Assembly (NCBI GenBank): GCA_965249575.1
Contig: OZ252244.1
Span: 1,312,001 to 1,376,000, forward strand
Source: Gemmatimonadales bacterium
GTDB lineage: Bacteria > Gemmatimonadota > Gemmatimonadetes > Gemmatimonadales > GWC2-71-9
Direction of reading: 5' to 3'
Length of the DNA: 64,000 nt
Both the position numbers and the translations under genes were made by a program. The notes below the pieces were generated by a model, which ran no database searches, was not told the origin of the DNA, and was given only the letters and a program-made list of their open reading frames with translations. This document shows, one piece after another, positions 8,848 to 18,879 of the stretch; the first letter of the stretch is position 1, and each line of letters opens with the position of its first letter.

Positions 8848-10224
8848 CTATCTGACGCTCACCTGTACCGGCGCACCCTCCGGGCCGTTGTCCCAGTCCT
8901 GGACGCTGGAGACATTCGGCATGCCCCATTGATGGCCGTTCCAACCATCAAAGCCGTCCATCTTGAATGCCCAGAACCCGGTTTTGAAATCGCTCAGCAC
9001 GATGAGCCCGTCCGCATTCCGCACATCGACGCCAAACGCACCGTTCGAGACCCCGGTTCCGCTGTCCGGATCGCGAAAACCACCATACCCGTGCTGGTTC
9101 GGTCCGTCATACGAATCGTAATAGCCTACCGTGTACGGATTCGTGGGGTCCATCATGTTGAAGATCTGAAGCCCATCCTCGTAGTGCGACACGAAGACGT
9201 ACGGCCACCGAACCTCATGGTTGTGCGCCAGCCCCTGCCAGCGCGCGGTCCATGCCCCGATCGGACGCGAGATGGTCTTGACCTCGCCGTCGAGACCCGG
9301 CTTCAGGTCGAAGATCCTGAGCGGCGCGTATTGGTACTCGGCTTCTGCCACCGCGTATCGAGCGTCCGGGGTGGGAGTGAACGTGTGAGCGATGTAGATG
9401 CCGGCCGCGCCGGTGATGGAAGTGATGAGATCGGGTTCCTCGGGCGTCGTCACATCGAACACGTAATAACCCACGAATCCCGCCCCGTAGAATTTGTCCT
9501 GCCGAGTGGCTGCGTCGTAGGCGACGTAGAAGTCGTGGTACCCGCGCCAACGATCGGCACTCCCCGCCCCGGGGTTCGGGATACGGGCAACGAGTCCCTG
9601 ATTCCCCTCGCCACCAAGAAACTGCTCCATGTCGTATACGTTCGCATAGTTCGCAGCCGCGGTCGTGAACAGCAGAACCCGGCCGGTCGAGTGTTTGTAC
9701 GTGTAGATGTTGTGGTACCCTCCGGGTGCGTCCGGAGAGCGGATGCGACCAACTTCCTTCACGCCGGAGACATCGGGCAGGCTTGTAACGTCGAGTACAA
9801 CAGCACCCATGTCAGCGTCCGGTCCGCTCTGGCCGAACTGAAACGACTGGACGTCGTAGTAACGCCCGTTGTGCTTGAAGTACTTGTTGTCCATCCCGCC
9901 GTTCCCCTCGTGGAGTTCGGCGTTCTCGATGCGCCAGGAGTAGATCACGTTCGCCTTCTCGGGATCCCTGATGTCGATGACGTCCGTTCCGTGAACCAGC
10001 ATCCGTGAGACGTAGACGTACGGACGCGACAACTCCTGCTCCATCTCGATGTCTGCAGTGCTGAATGACCGCCCCATTGGGAGATGGGACACGATGTGGA
10101 CGTTGCGGCTGCCCTGTTCCCCCGGAGGAGGATGTTGCGCCTTCGCGGTGTCGACGCCGACCGCAATCGTGATAAACGACAACACGGTTGTGGTGGTCAC
10201 CGTCGAACGCTGCAGGTAGGTCAT
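8848..10224 (-). CDS. Secreted LVIVD-like beta-propeller family protein, paralog P3
   Basis: Start at MTYLQRST; same conserved motifs. Confidence 0.85.
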   Translation of the reverse strand: MTYLQRSTVTTTTVLSFITIAVGVDTAKAQHPPPGEQGSRNVHIVSHLPMGRSFSTADIEMEQELSRPYVYVSRMLVHGTDVIDIRDPEKANVIYSWRIENAELHEGNGGMDNKYFKHNGRYYDVQSFQFGQSGPDADMGAVVLDVTSLPDVSGVKEVGRIRSPDAPGGYHNIYTYKHSTGRVLLFTTAAANYANVYDMEQFLGGEGNQGLVARIPNPGAGSADRWRGYHDFYVAYDAATRQDKFYGAGFVGYYVFDVTTPEEPDLITSITGAAGIYIAHTFTPTPDARYAVAEAEYQYAPLRIFDLKPGLDGEVKTISRPIGAWTARWQGLAHNHEVRWPYVFVSHYEDGLQIFNMMDPTNPYTVGYYDSYDGPNQHGYGGFRDPDSGTGVSNGAFGVDVRNADGLIVLSDFKTGFWAFKMDGFDGWNGHQWGMPNVSSVQDWDNGPEGAPVQVSVR

Positions 10225-10261
10225 TGAACCGATCCTGTTGAAGTATGAAAGAAGATTCCGC

Positions 10262-10769
10262 CTAGCGTCCGCCGAATCCAAGCAGGGCCGCTGGAATCGC
10301 CACGGCCAACCAGCCGAGCCCGGCGGTGAGAACCGCCTTGCCGGTTCCGAAGTCGAGTGCCTGTCGGATCGCGATGATACCGGCTACCAGGACCCAGACG
10401 GCCACCACCAGGCGGACGATCCCCCCGATCACGGGGAGGAACGCCAGCACCACCAAGATGCCCGGCGTCTGCGCGAATCCCAGGGTCCGGAGCAGTTCGC
10501 CCCACGTGGCGGTCCCCCCCAACAACTTGTCCCCGATCAGGTACGTCACGCCCGCCCACACGAGCCATCCCAACAGGGCCGACACGGGGCCTCCGATGAG
10601 CCCTGCTCCACCCTGCCCCGCCCCCCGCGATCGCCTGGGCGATTGCCACGATGACGACCACGCTAGCTGCCTGGGCCGTAGCAGTCGCGTCTGCCTCGAC
10701 CTCCTCGTACGTGTCGACGCTCAGCATTGCCGCGCCCTTCATGCGCTCGACCATCGAGTGTTGTGTCAT
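10262..10769 (-). CDS. Yip1-like membrane protein (frameshifted near 10600-10630)
   Basis: N-terminal ERMKGAAMLSVDTYEEVEAD and C-terminal LLGWLVWAGVTYLIG...LLRTLGFAQTPG lie in different frames across a C/G-run region. Confidence 0.7.
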
Positions 10770-10806
10770 GAGACCTCCTGCGAGAGAACGGAGCCCTCCC
10801 CGCTCT

Positions 10807-12180
10807 TCAGCTCACCGGCGTTGACGCCCCGTCCGGTCCATTATCCCAATCTTGCACGCTGGAAATATTCGGCATCCCCCACTGGTGCCCGTTCCATCCA
10901 TCAAAGCCATCCATCTTGAAGGTCCAGAATCCCGTATACATGTCGCTCGCTACGATCAGACCGTCCGCGTTTCTCACATCGACTCCAAACGCGCCGTTGG
11001 CGACGCCGTCGCCGCCCTCGGGATTCTGCGCGCCTCCCCAACCACGCTGATGTGGACCGTCGTACGTGTCGTAATAGGCGACCGTATAGGGATTCGTCGG
11101 ATCCATCAAGTTGAACACGTACAGCCCGTCTTCGTAACCCGACACGAAGACGTACGGCCAGCGGACCTCAGTGTTGTGGGGCAACCCCTGCCATCTCGCC
11201 GTCCAGGCGCCGATCGGTCGGGCAATCGTTTTCACCTCGCCGTCCAGGCCCGGCTGCAGATCGAAGATCCTGAGAGGAGCGTACTGATACTCCGCCTCTG
11301 CCACGGCATACCGCCCGTCCGGTGTCGGCGTGAAGGTGTGCCCGCCCTGATTCGGTGACACGCCGGCGGCGCCGATGATCGAGGTGAGCAGCCTTGGGTT
11401 CTCGGGATCCGTAACGTCGTAGATGTGATACCCGCCGGCCCCCGGTCCATAGAATCTGTCCTGCCGAGTTGCGGGATCGTAGGCCACATAGAAATCGTGA
11501 TAGCCGCGGCCGGACCGATTGACCTGACCGAATGGGTTTTCCGGCACCGGCACCCGGCCGATCAGCCCGCCGTTGTCAGCCCCGGATACGAAGCGTTCCA
11601 TGTCGTAGACGTTGGCTTGGGGCCCGACGACCGTGGCAAAGAGCAGTACGCGGCCATCGGAATGTTTGTAAGCGAAGATATTGTGGAACCCTCCCGGCAA
11701 ATCCGGAGCGCGGATACGACCCACCTCGCGCACCGTCGCAGGATCGGGCAACCCAGTCACATCGAACACCACGGCTCCTAAGTCCGCATTCGGACTTCCC
11801 TGTAAGAGCTGAAGCGACTGTATGTCGTAGTAACGTCCGCGGAGTTTGAAGTACTTGTTGTCCAGCCCTCCGTATCCCAGGTGCAGTTCGGGATCCTCGA
11901 TCCGCCAGGTGAAGAGTGGCCGGGGTGCCTCGGGCTCGACGACACTCAGGATCGACAGCCCGGTCGAGTGGGTGATCCCGTGCATTCGCGCGACATACAC
12001 GTACGGGCGGGACATCTCCTGCTCGATTTCGACGTCGGCCACCGTGAACATCCGCCCGAGGGGGCGGTGGGCGAGCACTCGAACGTTTGAACTACCCTGG
12101 GCTCCCGGTGAGAATTGCGCAGCAAGTGGAGCCCCAAAGAGCACTCCGGCCCCGATCATGATTACGGATCGCCCGATCAA
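10807..12180 (-). CDS. Secreted LVIVD-like beta-propeller family protein, paralog P4
   Basis: TTG start with AGGAG RBS; same conserved motifs. Confidence 0.85.
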   Translation of the reverse strand: MIGRSVIMIGAGVLFGAPLAAQFSPGAQGSSNVRVLAHRPLGRMFTVADVEIEQEMSRPYVYVARMHGITHSTGLSILSVVEPEAPRPLFTWRIEDPELHLGYGGLDNKYFKLRGRYYDIQSLQLLQGSPNADLGAVVFDVTGLPDPATVREVGRIRAPDLPGGFHNIFAYKHSDGRVLLFATVVGPQANVYDMERFVSGADNGGLIGRVPVPENPFGQVNRSGRGYHDFYVAYDPATRQDRFYGPGAGGYHIYDVTDPENPRLLTSIIGAAGVSPNQGGHTFTPTPDGRYAVAEAEYQYAPLRIFDLQPGLDGEVKTIARPIGAWTARWQGLPHNTEVRWPYVFVSGYEDGLYVFNLMDPTNPYTVAYYDTYDGPHQRGWGGAQNPEGGDGVANGAFGVDVRNADGLIVASDMYTGFWTFKMDGFDGWNGHQWGMPNISSVQDWDNGPDGASTPVS

Positions 12181-12197
12181 GTAGTTCTCCTGTCGAT

Positions 12198-13559
12198 TCA
12201 GCTCACCGGCGCCGGGCCACCATCCGGCCCCTTATCCCAATCCTGCGCCGACGAGACGTTGGGCATTCCCCATTGGTGGCCATTCCAACCCTCGAATCCG
12301 TCCATCCTGAACGCCCAAAACCCCGTGTACATGTCGCTGATGACGATGAGTCCATCTGCATTCCGGACATCGATTCCAAAGGCACCATTGGCCACACCGT
12401 CGCCCCCTTCCGGATTGTCGACACCGCCCCAGCCCCGTTGGTAGGGACCGCCATACGTCTCGTAGTACCCGACGGTATAGGGAGCTGTGGGATCCATCAT
12501 GTTGAAGATGTGCAATCCGTCCTCATAGCCCGACACGAACACGTACGGCCATCGGACCTCGTGATTGTGCGGGAGCCCCTGCCAGCGGGCGGTCCACGCG
12601 CCGATCGGCCGGGTGATGTTCCTGACTTCCTCGTCGAGGCCCGGCTTGAGATCGAACACCCTGAGGGGCTGGTACTGGTCTTCCGATTCACCGATGGCGT
12701 AACGGCCGTCCGGCATCGGGGTGAAGGTGTGCGCGTGATCGACACCCGCCGCACCCACGATCGACGTCAAGAGCTCTGGGGCTTCGGGCCGAGTCACGTC
12801 GTATACGTAAAAACCGGCGTACCCGGCGCCATAGAACTTGTCCTGCCTGCTGGCCGGATCGTACCCGATGTAGAAATCGTGGTACGCCCGTCCGTACCGT
12901 CCGACGCTGAATACCGAATCGGGACTCGGCATGTAACCGATCAATCCGTAGTTGCGAGCCCCGCTCAGGAAGCGCTCCAAATCGTAGACGTGCGCGTATG
13001 CCGACTGCGTCGTCATGAACAGCAGCGCTCGGCCAGTCGAGTGCTTGTACGCGTAGATGTTATGCGAACCGCCGGGGATGCCCGGGGATCTGATACGTCC
13101 GACCTCTTTGACGGCAGACGGATCGGGTAGACCGGTCACGTCGAAGACCACCGCCAGGAGATCCGCGTTCGGCCCACCCTGAAGCCACTGGAAGGACTGC
13201 ACGTCGTAGTAGCGGCCGTTCACTTTGAAATACTTGTTGTCCATCGCTCCGAACCCACGGTGCAGCTCGGGATTCTCGATCACCCAGCTGTACAGGACTG
13301 ACGCGGCGTCAGGATCCTTGAGGTCGATGATCGTTACGCCGGCCGAATGCGTGGTACCGTGCATCCGTGCCACGTAGGCAAACGGCCGAGATAGCTCCTG
13401 TTCAATCTCGATGTCAGTCACCGTGAAGCGGCGACCTAGAGGAAGGTGTGAGGCGATGTGGACGTTCGAGCTGCCCAGTGCCCCAGCGCGCTGCATCGCG
13501 ACGGCGGGAACCGTGTTCAACGGAATGAAAACCGCTGTCAGAATCGTTCGCGCGCGCAT
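12198..13559 (-). CDS. Secreted LVIVD-like beta-propeller family protein, paralog P5
   Basis: 453 aa; same motifs; 17 bp from P4. Confidence 0.85.
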   Translation of the reverse strand: MRARTILTAVFIPLNTVPAVAMQRAGALGSSNVHIASHLPLGRRFTVTDIEIEQELSRPFAYVARMHGTTHSAGVTIIDLKDPDAASVLYSWVIENPELHRGFGAMDNKYFKVNGRYYDVQSFQWLQGGPNADLLAVVFDVTGLPDPSAVKEVGRIRSPGIPGGSHNIYAYKHSTGRALLFMTTQSAYAHVYDLERFLSGARNYGLIGYMPSPDSVFSVGRYGRAYHDFYIGYDPASRQDKFYGAGYAGFYVYDVTRPEAPELLTSIVGAAGVDHAHTFTPMPDGRYAIGESEDQYQPLRVFDLKPGLDEEVRNITRPIGAWTARWQGLPHNHEVRWPYVFVSGYEDGLHIFNMMDPTAPYTVGYYETYGGPYQRGWGGVDNPEGGDGVANGAFGIDVRNADGLIVISDMYTGFWAFRMDGFEGWNGHQWGMPNVSSAQDWDKGPDGGPAPVS

Positions 13560-14137
13560 GAGTGCTCCTGCTTGTGGGGAGGGTCGGGGCGTAAGCTCGA
13601 GATGTGGATGCGCGCCCCGAACGACCCGCCCCGTCGTCGATCGCCGTACGCTTCCGCTCCGCAGGGGAACTAACCTGGGGCAATGTGCCGGCGGAGCAGG
13701 ATGTCCGCAAGGAAGAACGGCCGTTCCCGAGCCGACACCTCACAAGGAACTCACCTAACCTTCACTCCCCCGAAACAATAGAAGGGGTGGCCGGCGACGG
13801 CGGGATGCTCAGTGGGTGAGCATTATGGCCGGCCCATGCTCGAGGAATTCAGGGGACCAGCGAGTGGATACGACCCGTGCGGATTCTGAACTTCGAGCGG
13901 CTATCGAGACCCGTCATCGCATCGATGTCATTCGAGACAAGGCCGTAGCTTGCCTCGAAGGACCCCTCGCCACGATCCCCGCCCGATATCCAAGCGCTCA
14001 TCCGGGGCCTTCGAAAACACGAGAGCGCCGAAACCGAGCTGCTTACCGATCCGGCACTGACGGGGCTGGGGACGAGGGACTGACCTGAACGTCTCCGCAC
14101 CAGGCACCGCGCACGAAGCGGATCCCGAGCGTGTTAC

Positions 14138-14629
14138 CTACTGATACTCGACGGTAAGTGTGATAGTGTTCGTGTACTCACCACCCGCGGCGCCGACGGG
14201 AGGGGATACGGTGCCACCGATGTCTACTTGCAGGAAACCGCTCGCGGTGGTCGGACTGAAGTTGATGGGGGCCGACGGGTCGAACGTCCCCACTATTACC
14301 GGAACGTCGCCCTCTTGGAGAGCCGTTGAGGCAGGACCAAACGTGATCGGGATTGAGCCCCCTGCTCCGTCCAGGGTCGTAGGGAGCGTGAAGGTGAGTA
14401 TCAGGTCAAAGAACGGCTCGGACGAGACCTGCATCCTCCCGGCACCCGCGTCGAAGGGCTGCACTGTCGTATTGGTCCCGGCGCTCACGGTACCGAACTC
14501 GAGATCCGTGATCGGTGTAACCACGAGCGGAGCGACTGGAGCGACCCTGGCATTGGCTTCGATTGAGCCGGCCTGGGCAAGGGCCGGCGCAGCCCCGGTT
14601 CCAAGAAGCAGCAGTCCCACCAGTGGCGT
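14138..14629 (-). CDS. DUF4402-type pilin-like subunit (in frame with the upstream usher-like ORF)
   Basis: Internal signal-peptide-like PLVGLLLLGTGAAPALAQ, then DLEFGTVSAG...IGGTVSPP...GEYTNTITLTVEY; clearly homologous to 17618-18142. Confidence 0.7.
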   Translation of the reverse strand, partial: TPLVGLLLLGTGAAPALAQAGSIEANARVAPVAPLVVTPITDLEFGTVSAGTNTTVQPFDAGAGRMQVSSEPFFDLILTFTLPTTLDGAGGSIPITFGPASTALQEGDVPVIVGTFDPSAPINFSPTTASGFLQVDIGGTVSPPVGAAGGEYTNTITLTVEYQ

Positions 14630-16957
14630 CCGAAGCAGAACCTGCACCCCCGGTAGGCCCTGGCCGTCCATGACCACCCCACCGCTGATCTCGGCACCCA
14701 TCACTACCGGGATCTCCACCGATTGAAAGCTGTTGGGTGTTGGAATGACCTCGACGACTCTCGTCGGTAACACGAGGAACGGATTGTCGAACGCCAGGGA
14801 ATCGACCTCTATATAGGAAGGCTCGAAGGGGAATAGGTTCCAGGCGGAAAAGCGGCCGGCCTCGTCGGTGAGCTCTGTCCACCCCCCGACGCGTACGGGG
14901 TGGCCGGGGATTCCCTGTTCCCCAGGGTCCCGAGCTCCGTTGCCGTTCGTATCCAGAAACAGCGTGCCGGTGACCCCCGCACGGCCAAGGTCGCGGCCGT
15001 CCCCCCACCGCACCTGTTGCGCACTCCGATCCCACAGGATCGACCCGTCGATGAACTGCACACCGTCCGACCCGGCGCCGGTCGTGAACCGATTTCGGCT
15101 CCCGAACCTCGGGCCCGGCAGCACCGTATTGAACCCGATGTCGAGCGCCAGTCCTCCCATGTCCTTGAGCCATCCAAGGCCCAGCTCGAGCCGCACGGCC
15201 CGGCCAACCCGACGCCCGGCTCCAGCCCGGATTGCGGAGATGCCCCGCGAAACGTCGAAGGTGATGCCGCCCCGGACGGTCGTTGCCCGAAGCCACTCTG
15301 AGCGGGCACGAAGCACGAGGTCGGAATCGAGGTCGACGAGCGTCTGGGTCATGGGTATCAAGCCGGGCCGGCCGACGCGGTTGCGCCGGAGGTTGAGACT
15401 CTGGCGCAGGTTCCCGAACCGGCCGGTGACCGAGATTCGCTGTGAGCTGCGATTCATTACCGGGCCGGACGCAAAGAGGCCAGATACTTGGAGGTACAGT
15501 GCGCCGGGGAGCTCGTCCGGGCGCCAGAAGAGCATGCCTTCTGTGCGTCGCGATTCGAGTAACGCTCCGGTGAAGGTGGCACCGTCGGCGTCGAACTCCG
15601 TATGGGCGAAGTCGAGTCGGAAGTCCGGTGTCGGCTCGAACTCCGTCCGCGCCCGAAGAAACCCGTTCACCACGACCTCACCAGTGACGCTCAAAGCCGG
15701 AATCGGCGCAGCCGACACGATGGCATAGGGCTGGAACAAATCGCCCCCGGCTTCACGAAAATAGATATCGGATCCACCCTCGGCGGTGACCTTACTGCTC
15801 AACCCATAACGAAGGTCAGCCATGACGGAGCCGGTGCATGGATCAAAGCGGCATTGCCCTCCCGAAATGGAATACTCGAGCTCTCTCTCCGGGAGCCGAC
15901 TGAAGGGAACACGGATCGTCCGGCGGCGGCTCACGACCTGACCTCTCGGTCCGTACAGCACCATGTCGAATGGATTCGATCCGTAGCGAAGTGGCAGCGC
16001 AACCCGGAAATCGCCTAATGGATCCACCTCCCCAAAATCGAGGAGCCCACGGCTGTCGTAGAGCTCAACTTCCCATCCCGGGGGGAGGCGGCCGACGACT
16101 TCCTCAATGTCGAACTCCGACGCCCGAATGAACGGCTCATTCGTCACCACGATCCCGCGCACGAAACGAGAGCGCCGCCCCCCCGACGACACATCTCCCG
16201 CCCGTACCTGGCGCACCCACCGCTGCTCGGGCCATGCCCGTTCCCACGAGGCCCTCGTGGTGGCGCGCGTAAGGCCCGACACCCGATTGAGCTGGTGTCG
16301 GATCTCGATGCTACCCCCGAACAACTTCGCGCCCAATCCCAGGTCGACCGAGGAATTGTCGATCGGCGCGTCGGTTGCCGACGTGACCGACCATTCTAGA
16401 ACGGCCCCATCGGCCACGGTCTCCCGCACTCGAGCGGGTGTGGCCCTCGGCGGCGCCGGACGCGGGCGGAGGGCGATCGCCCGTTGTCGCTCCCGTCGTG
16501 CACGTCGCACCACGGGGAGCCCGCCGGTATTGCCGAAAACGACCGCAAGCTCCTCCCAGTCGACCCGGCCGACGACGCCGAGGGCCCGTCCGAGGGTCGC
16601 AACCGACACGAACAGATCCCCGGACTCCCATAGCGCATCGAGGGAATCGAGTGGAACGACCGAGTCCCCCACAACCAGCCGGCCACTGTCGGTCTGGAAG
16701 CGGATAGGGATGTCGGCCGGCTCGAGGACGGCCGCCAGGTAACGACCCTCTCGTGATTCATCGACACCGATTTCGGCCATCTCGAAGACCTGCGCAACCG
16801 GCAGCAGGAGAACGGAGTCCGCCGCGAGCGCGGGCAGCACCGCGGATGGTCCGCGCTGCAGATCCACTCGCACGACCGCCTCAACGACCACCGGTTCTTG
16901 GGCGCCGGCAGGATGAGCGCGCGCGCCCGCGCACACCCCGGCCGCCGCGACGCACAT
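14630..16957 (-). CDS. Outer-membrane usher-like protein with C-terminal SdrD-B/carboxypeptidase-regulatory-like domain
   Basis: Signal peptide; beta-strand-rich core; LPPGWEVELY, LRYGSN..YGPRG, GTLFLDTNGNGARDPGE; flanked by DUF4402-type genes. Confidence 0.6.
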
Positions 16958-16999
16958 CAGTAACCGAACGTTCAGAGAACGGGCGAGGCGACGACGGAC

Positions 17000-17470
17000 G
17001 GCTGCGTCTTGTCAGGCACGACCGTTCCACCGAGTCGGATGTACATCTCTCCCTCCTCGCGTCCGTCCTTCGTCGGCTCCGAGCGTCACCACCAGTGGCT
17101 GACGGGGATCGAACGAAACGCTCAGGCGATGGCTTGGAGCGGGCGACCATGAAGCGTCGCCCGGTCCGAACGCCAGCGGCATGCCACGCCCTGTCTCGGG
17201 CGCGACCATCGCCGACGGGAACAGAAAATCGATTCGTATCTCCGCACCGTTGGTCCCCCGAATTTCGAACTGGCCAGCGCGCCTCATGTCGTCACGGGAG
17301 ACCGTGCTTGGCAACCCCCGAAGTACGTCTCCGAATTGGAGACTCTGGCGCCCGAGTACCACCAGCGGCACCGAAGGAACCACGGACGGTGGCGGTGGCG
17401 ATTGGGCTTCCGCCCTCCCACCGACGGCCACCACAGCGGCGAGCAGCTGAACTCGCCACGAAGACCCTGC
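17000..17470 (-). CDS. DUF4402-type pilin-like protein (frameshifted and C-terminally truncated; boundaries approximate)
   Basis: QSLQFGDV, AGQFEIRG, PLAFGPGD, FDPRQP; MYIRLGGTVVP continues in another frame. Confidence 0.6.
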
Positions 17471-17617
17471 CTTCAACCTTCGGGCCAGCGTCGCGAACGC
17501 CCGGCGGCAAAAAGGCAGCGCCGGCGGCTGTTCAATCGTCCAGCCGCCGGCGCGTCGGTAGTCCACTTCAGCCTTCTGCGTGATCTATTGGGCCTGGGTG
17601 GGGCCGAAGCGGATCTG

Positions 17618-18142
17618 CTAGTATTCAACCGTCATGGTGAGTATACCCATGTAGCTCCCCGTGACCGTGGCTACCGGAGGGCTGACTGTTCCGATGATAC
17701 CCACCGTGAGATTCCCCGTACCATCAATGCTCGTGCCAAAGGGAACGTTGGGATCGAACGACGTGAAAGTCGTCGGGAACGGGGCCCAAAGCAGACCGTC
17801 GGCAATACCAAACGAGATCGGGATAGTGGCCGTTCCAACGGTAATCGTCAGGACCGATGGAAGCGAGTATGTCACCGTCACCGGGAAGCTCGACTCGCCT
17901 GTGATGTCGAACCTACCGCCACCGACCGCGGCTGGTGTCGCGCTCGCGCCGGCCGCCACCGACCCGAAGTTGAGATCATTGGCCTTCGTCGCTGTCAGGG
18001 GCGCGATTCCCGCTACGCTTGCCAGGACGTCCGCCGATGCGTTGGCCGAGAGCTGGGCGCCAGCGCTCCCGGTGTGAATGGCGTTGTAGGCCAGGAGTGC
18101 GGCTGCCATCGCCACCGCACGCACCGTGGTGTTGCGGATCAT
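17618..18142 (-). CDS. DUF4402-type pilin-like secreted protein
   Basis: GAGGAGG RBS, signal peptide, DLNFGSVAAG, IPISFG, FDPN, GSYMGILTMTVEY. Confidence 0.75.
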   Translation of the reverse strand: MIRNTTVRAVAMAAALLAYNAIHTGSAGAQLSANASADVLASVAGIAPLTATKANDLNFGSVAAGASATPAAVGGGRFDITGESSFPVTVTYSLPSVLTITVGTATIPISFGIADGLLWAPFPTTFTSFDPNVPFGTSIDGTGNLTVGIIGTVSPPVATVTGSYMGILTMTVEY

Positions 18143-18465
18143 ACGATTCCTCCTCACGTAGTAACTGCACCTTTTCTACCGACCCCGAACGAGTCGCCTG
18201 AACGATGTGCCTCGCTCCGCTGACCATCGGCTTTGCAACTTCCGGCGCAACCCCGCCGCGGCTGCCCTACTAACCGCAGGTACCTGGCCTGTCAATGTGT
18301 TACGGGGCCAGACCAGAGTCGGGATCGGCCACTCGAACTGCCGCCGGCATCGTCGTGATCCCTCACTTGTAGCGCACTCGCAACAAGGGCCTGCCAGGCG
18401 CTCGCACTCAATGCGAGCCCCTTCCCGACCGATAACCGGGACTGAAGCTGTCGGAAAAGGGGTAA

Positions 18466-18855
18466 ATGGCTCTCGAGTTTGCGCGGCCGTTCATTCCACC
18501 CGCGCCGTCGTGGGTGCTGACCCTCGTCCTGGGCTCTGGAATCGCCCCGGGCGTCGCGCTCGCGCAGAACTCCGCATTTTCCACCATACGAGTTTCCGCA
18601 ACGGTGGTTCCTGCGGTCACCGTACGGGCGGACACGCTCTCGCTTCAGGGGGCCCCGCTTCTCACCAATGAGATCCCGGGCCAGCGGGAACCGACCATCC
18701 ATCGGGCATCGGATCCGACACTCGGCGTCGACCGGTTCCGGCCGGCAACGGCCTCAGCGGCCTCAGCGGCCCCGGACGCGCTCACCCGGATGCGCTTCGA
18801 TCGTGGGGGGACAGCCAATGGTCCACGTCTCACGGTCGAGTACGTAGTGAACTGA
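18466..18855 (+). CDS. Small secreted hypothetical protein
   Basis: Signal peptide ending ALA-Q; STIRVSATVVP and C-terminal LTVEYVVN echo the neighbouring pilin-like proteins. Confidence 0.55.
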   Translation: MALEFARPFIPPAPSWVLTLVLGSGIAPGVALAQNSAFSTIRVSATVVPAVTVRADTLSLQGAPLLTNEIPGQREPTIHRASDPTLGVDRFRPATASAASAAPDALTRMRFDRGGTANGPRLTVEYVVN

Positions 18856-18879
18856 GCGCAGTCTGGCGGCGACGAATCG

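Noticed and set aside
18225..18250. Sigma-54 promoter upstream of the DUF4402 gene
   Set aside because: Minus strand TTGCGCCGGAAGTTGCA lacks the invariant GG at -24
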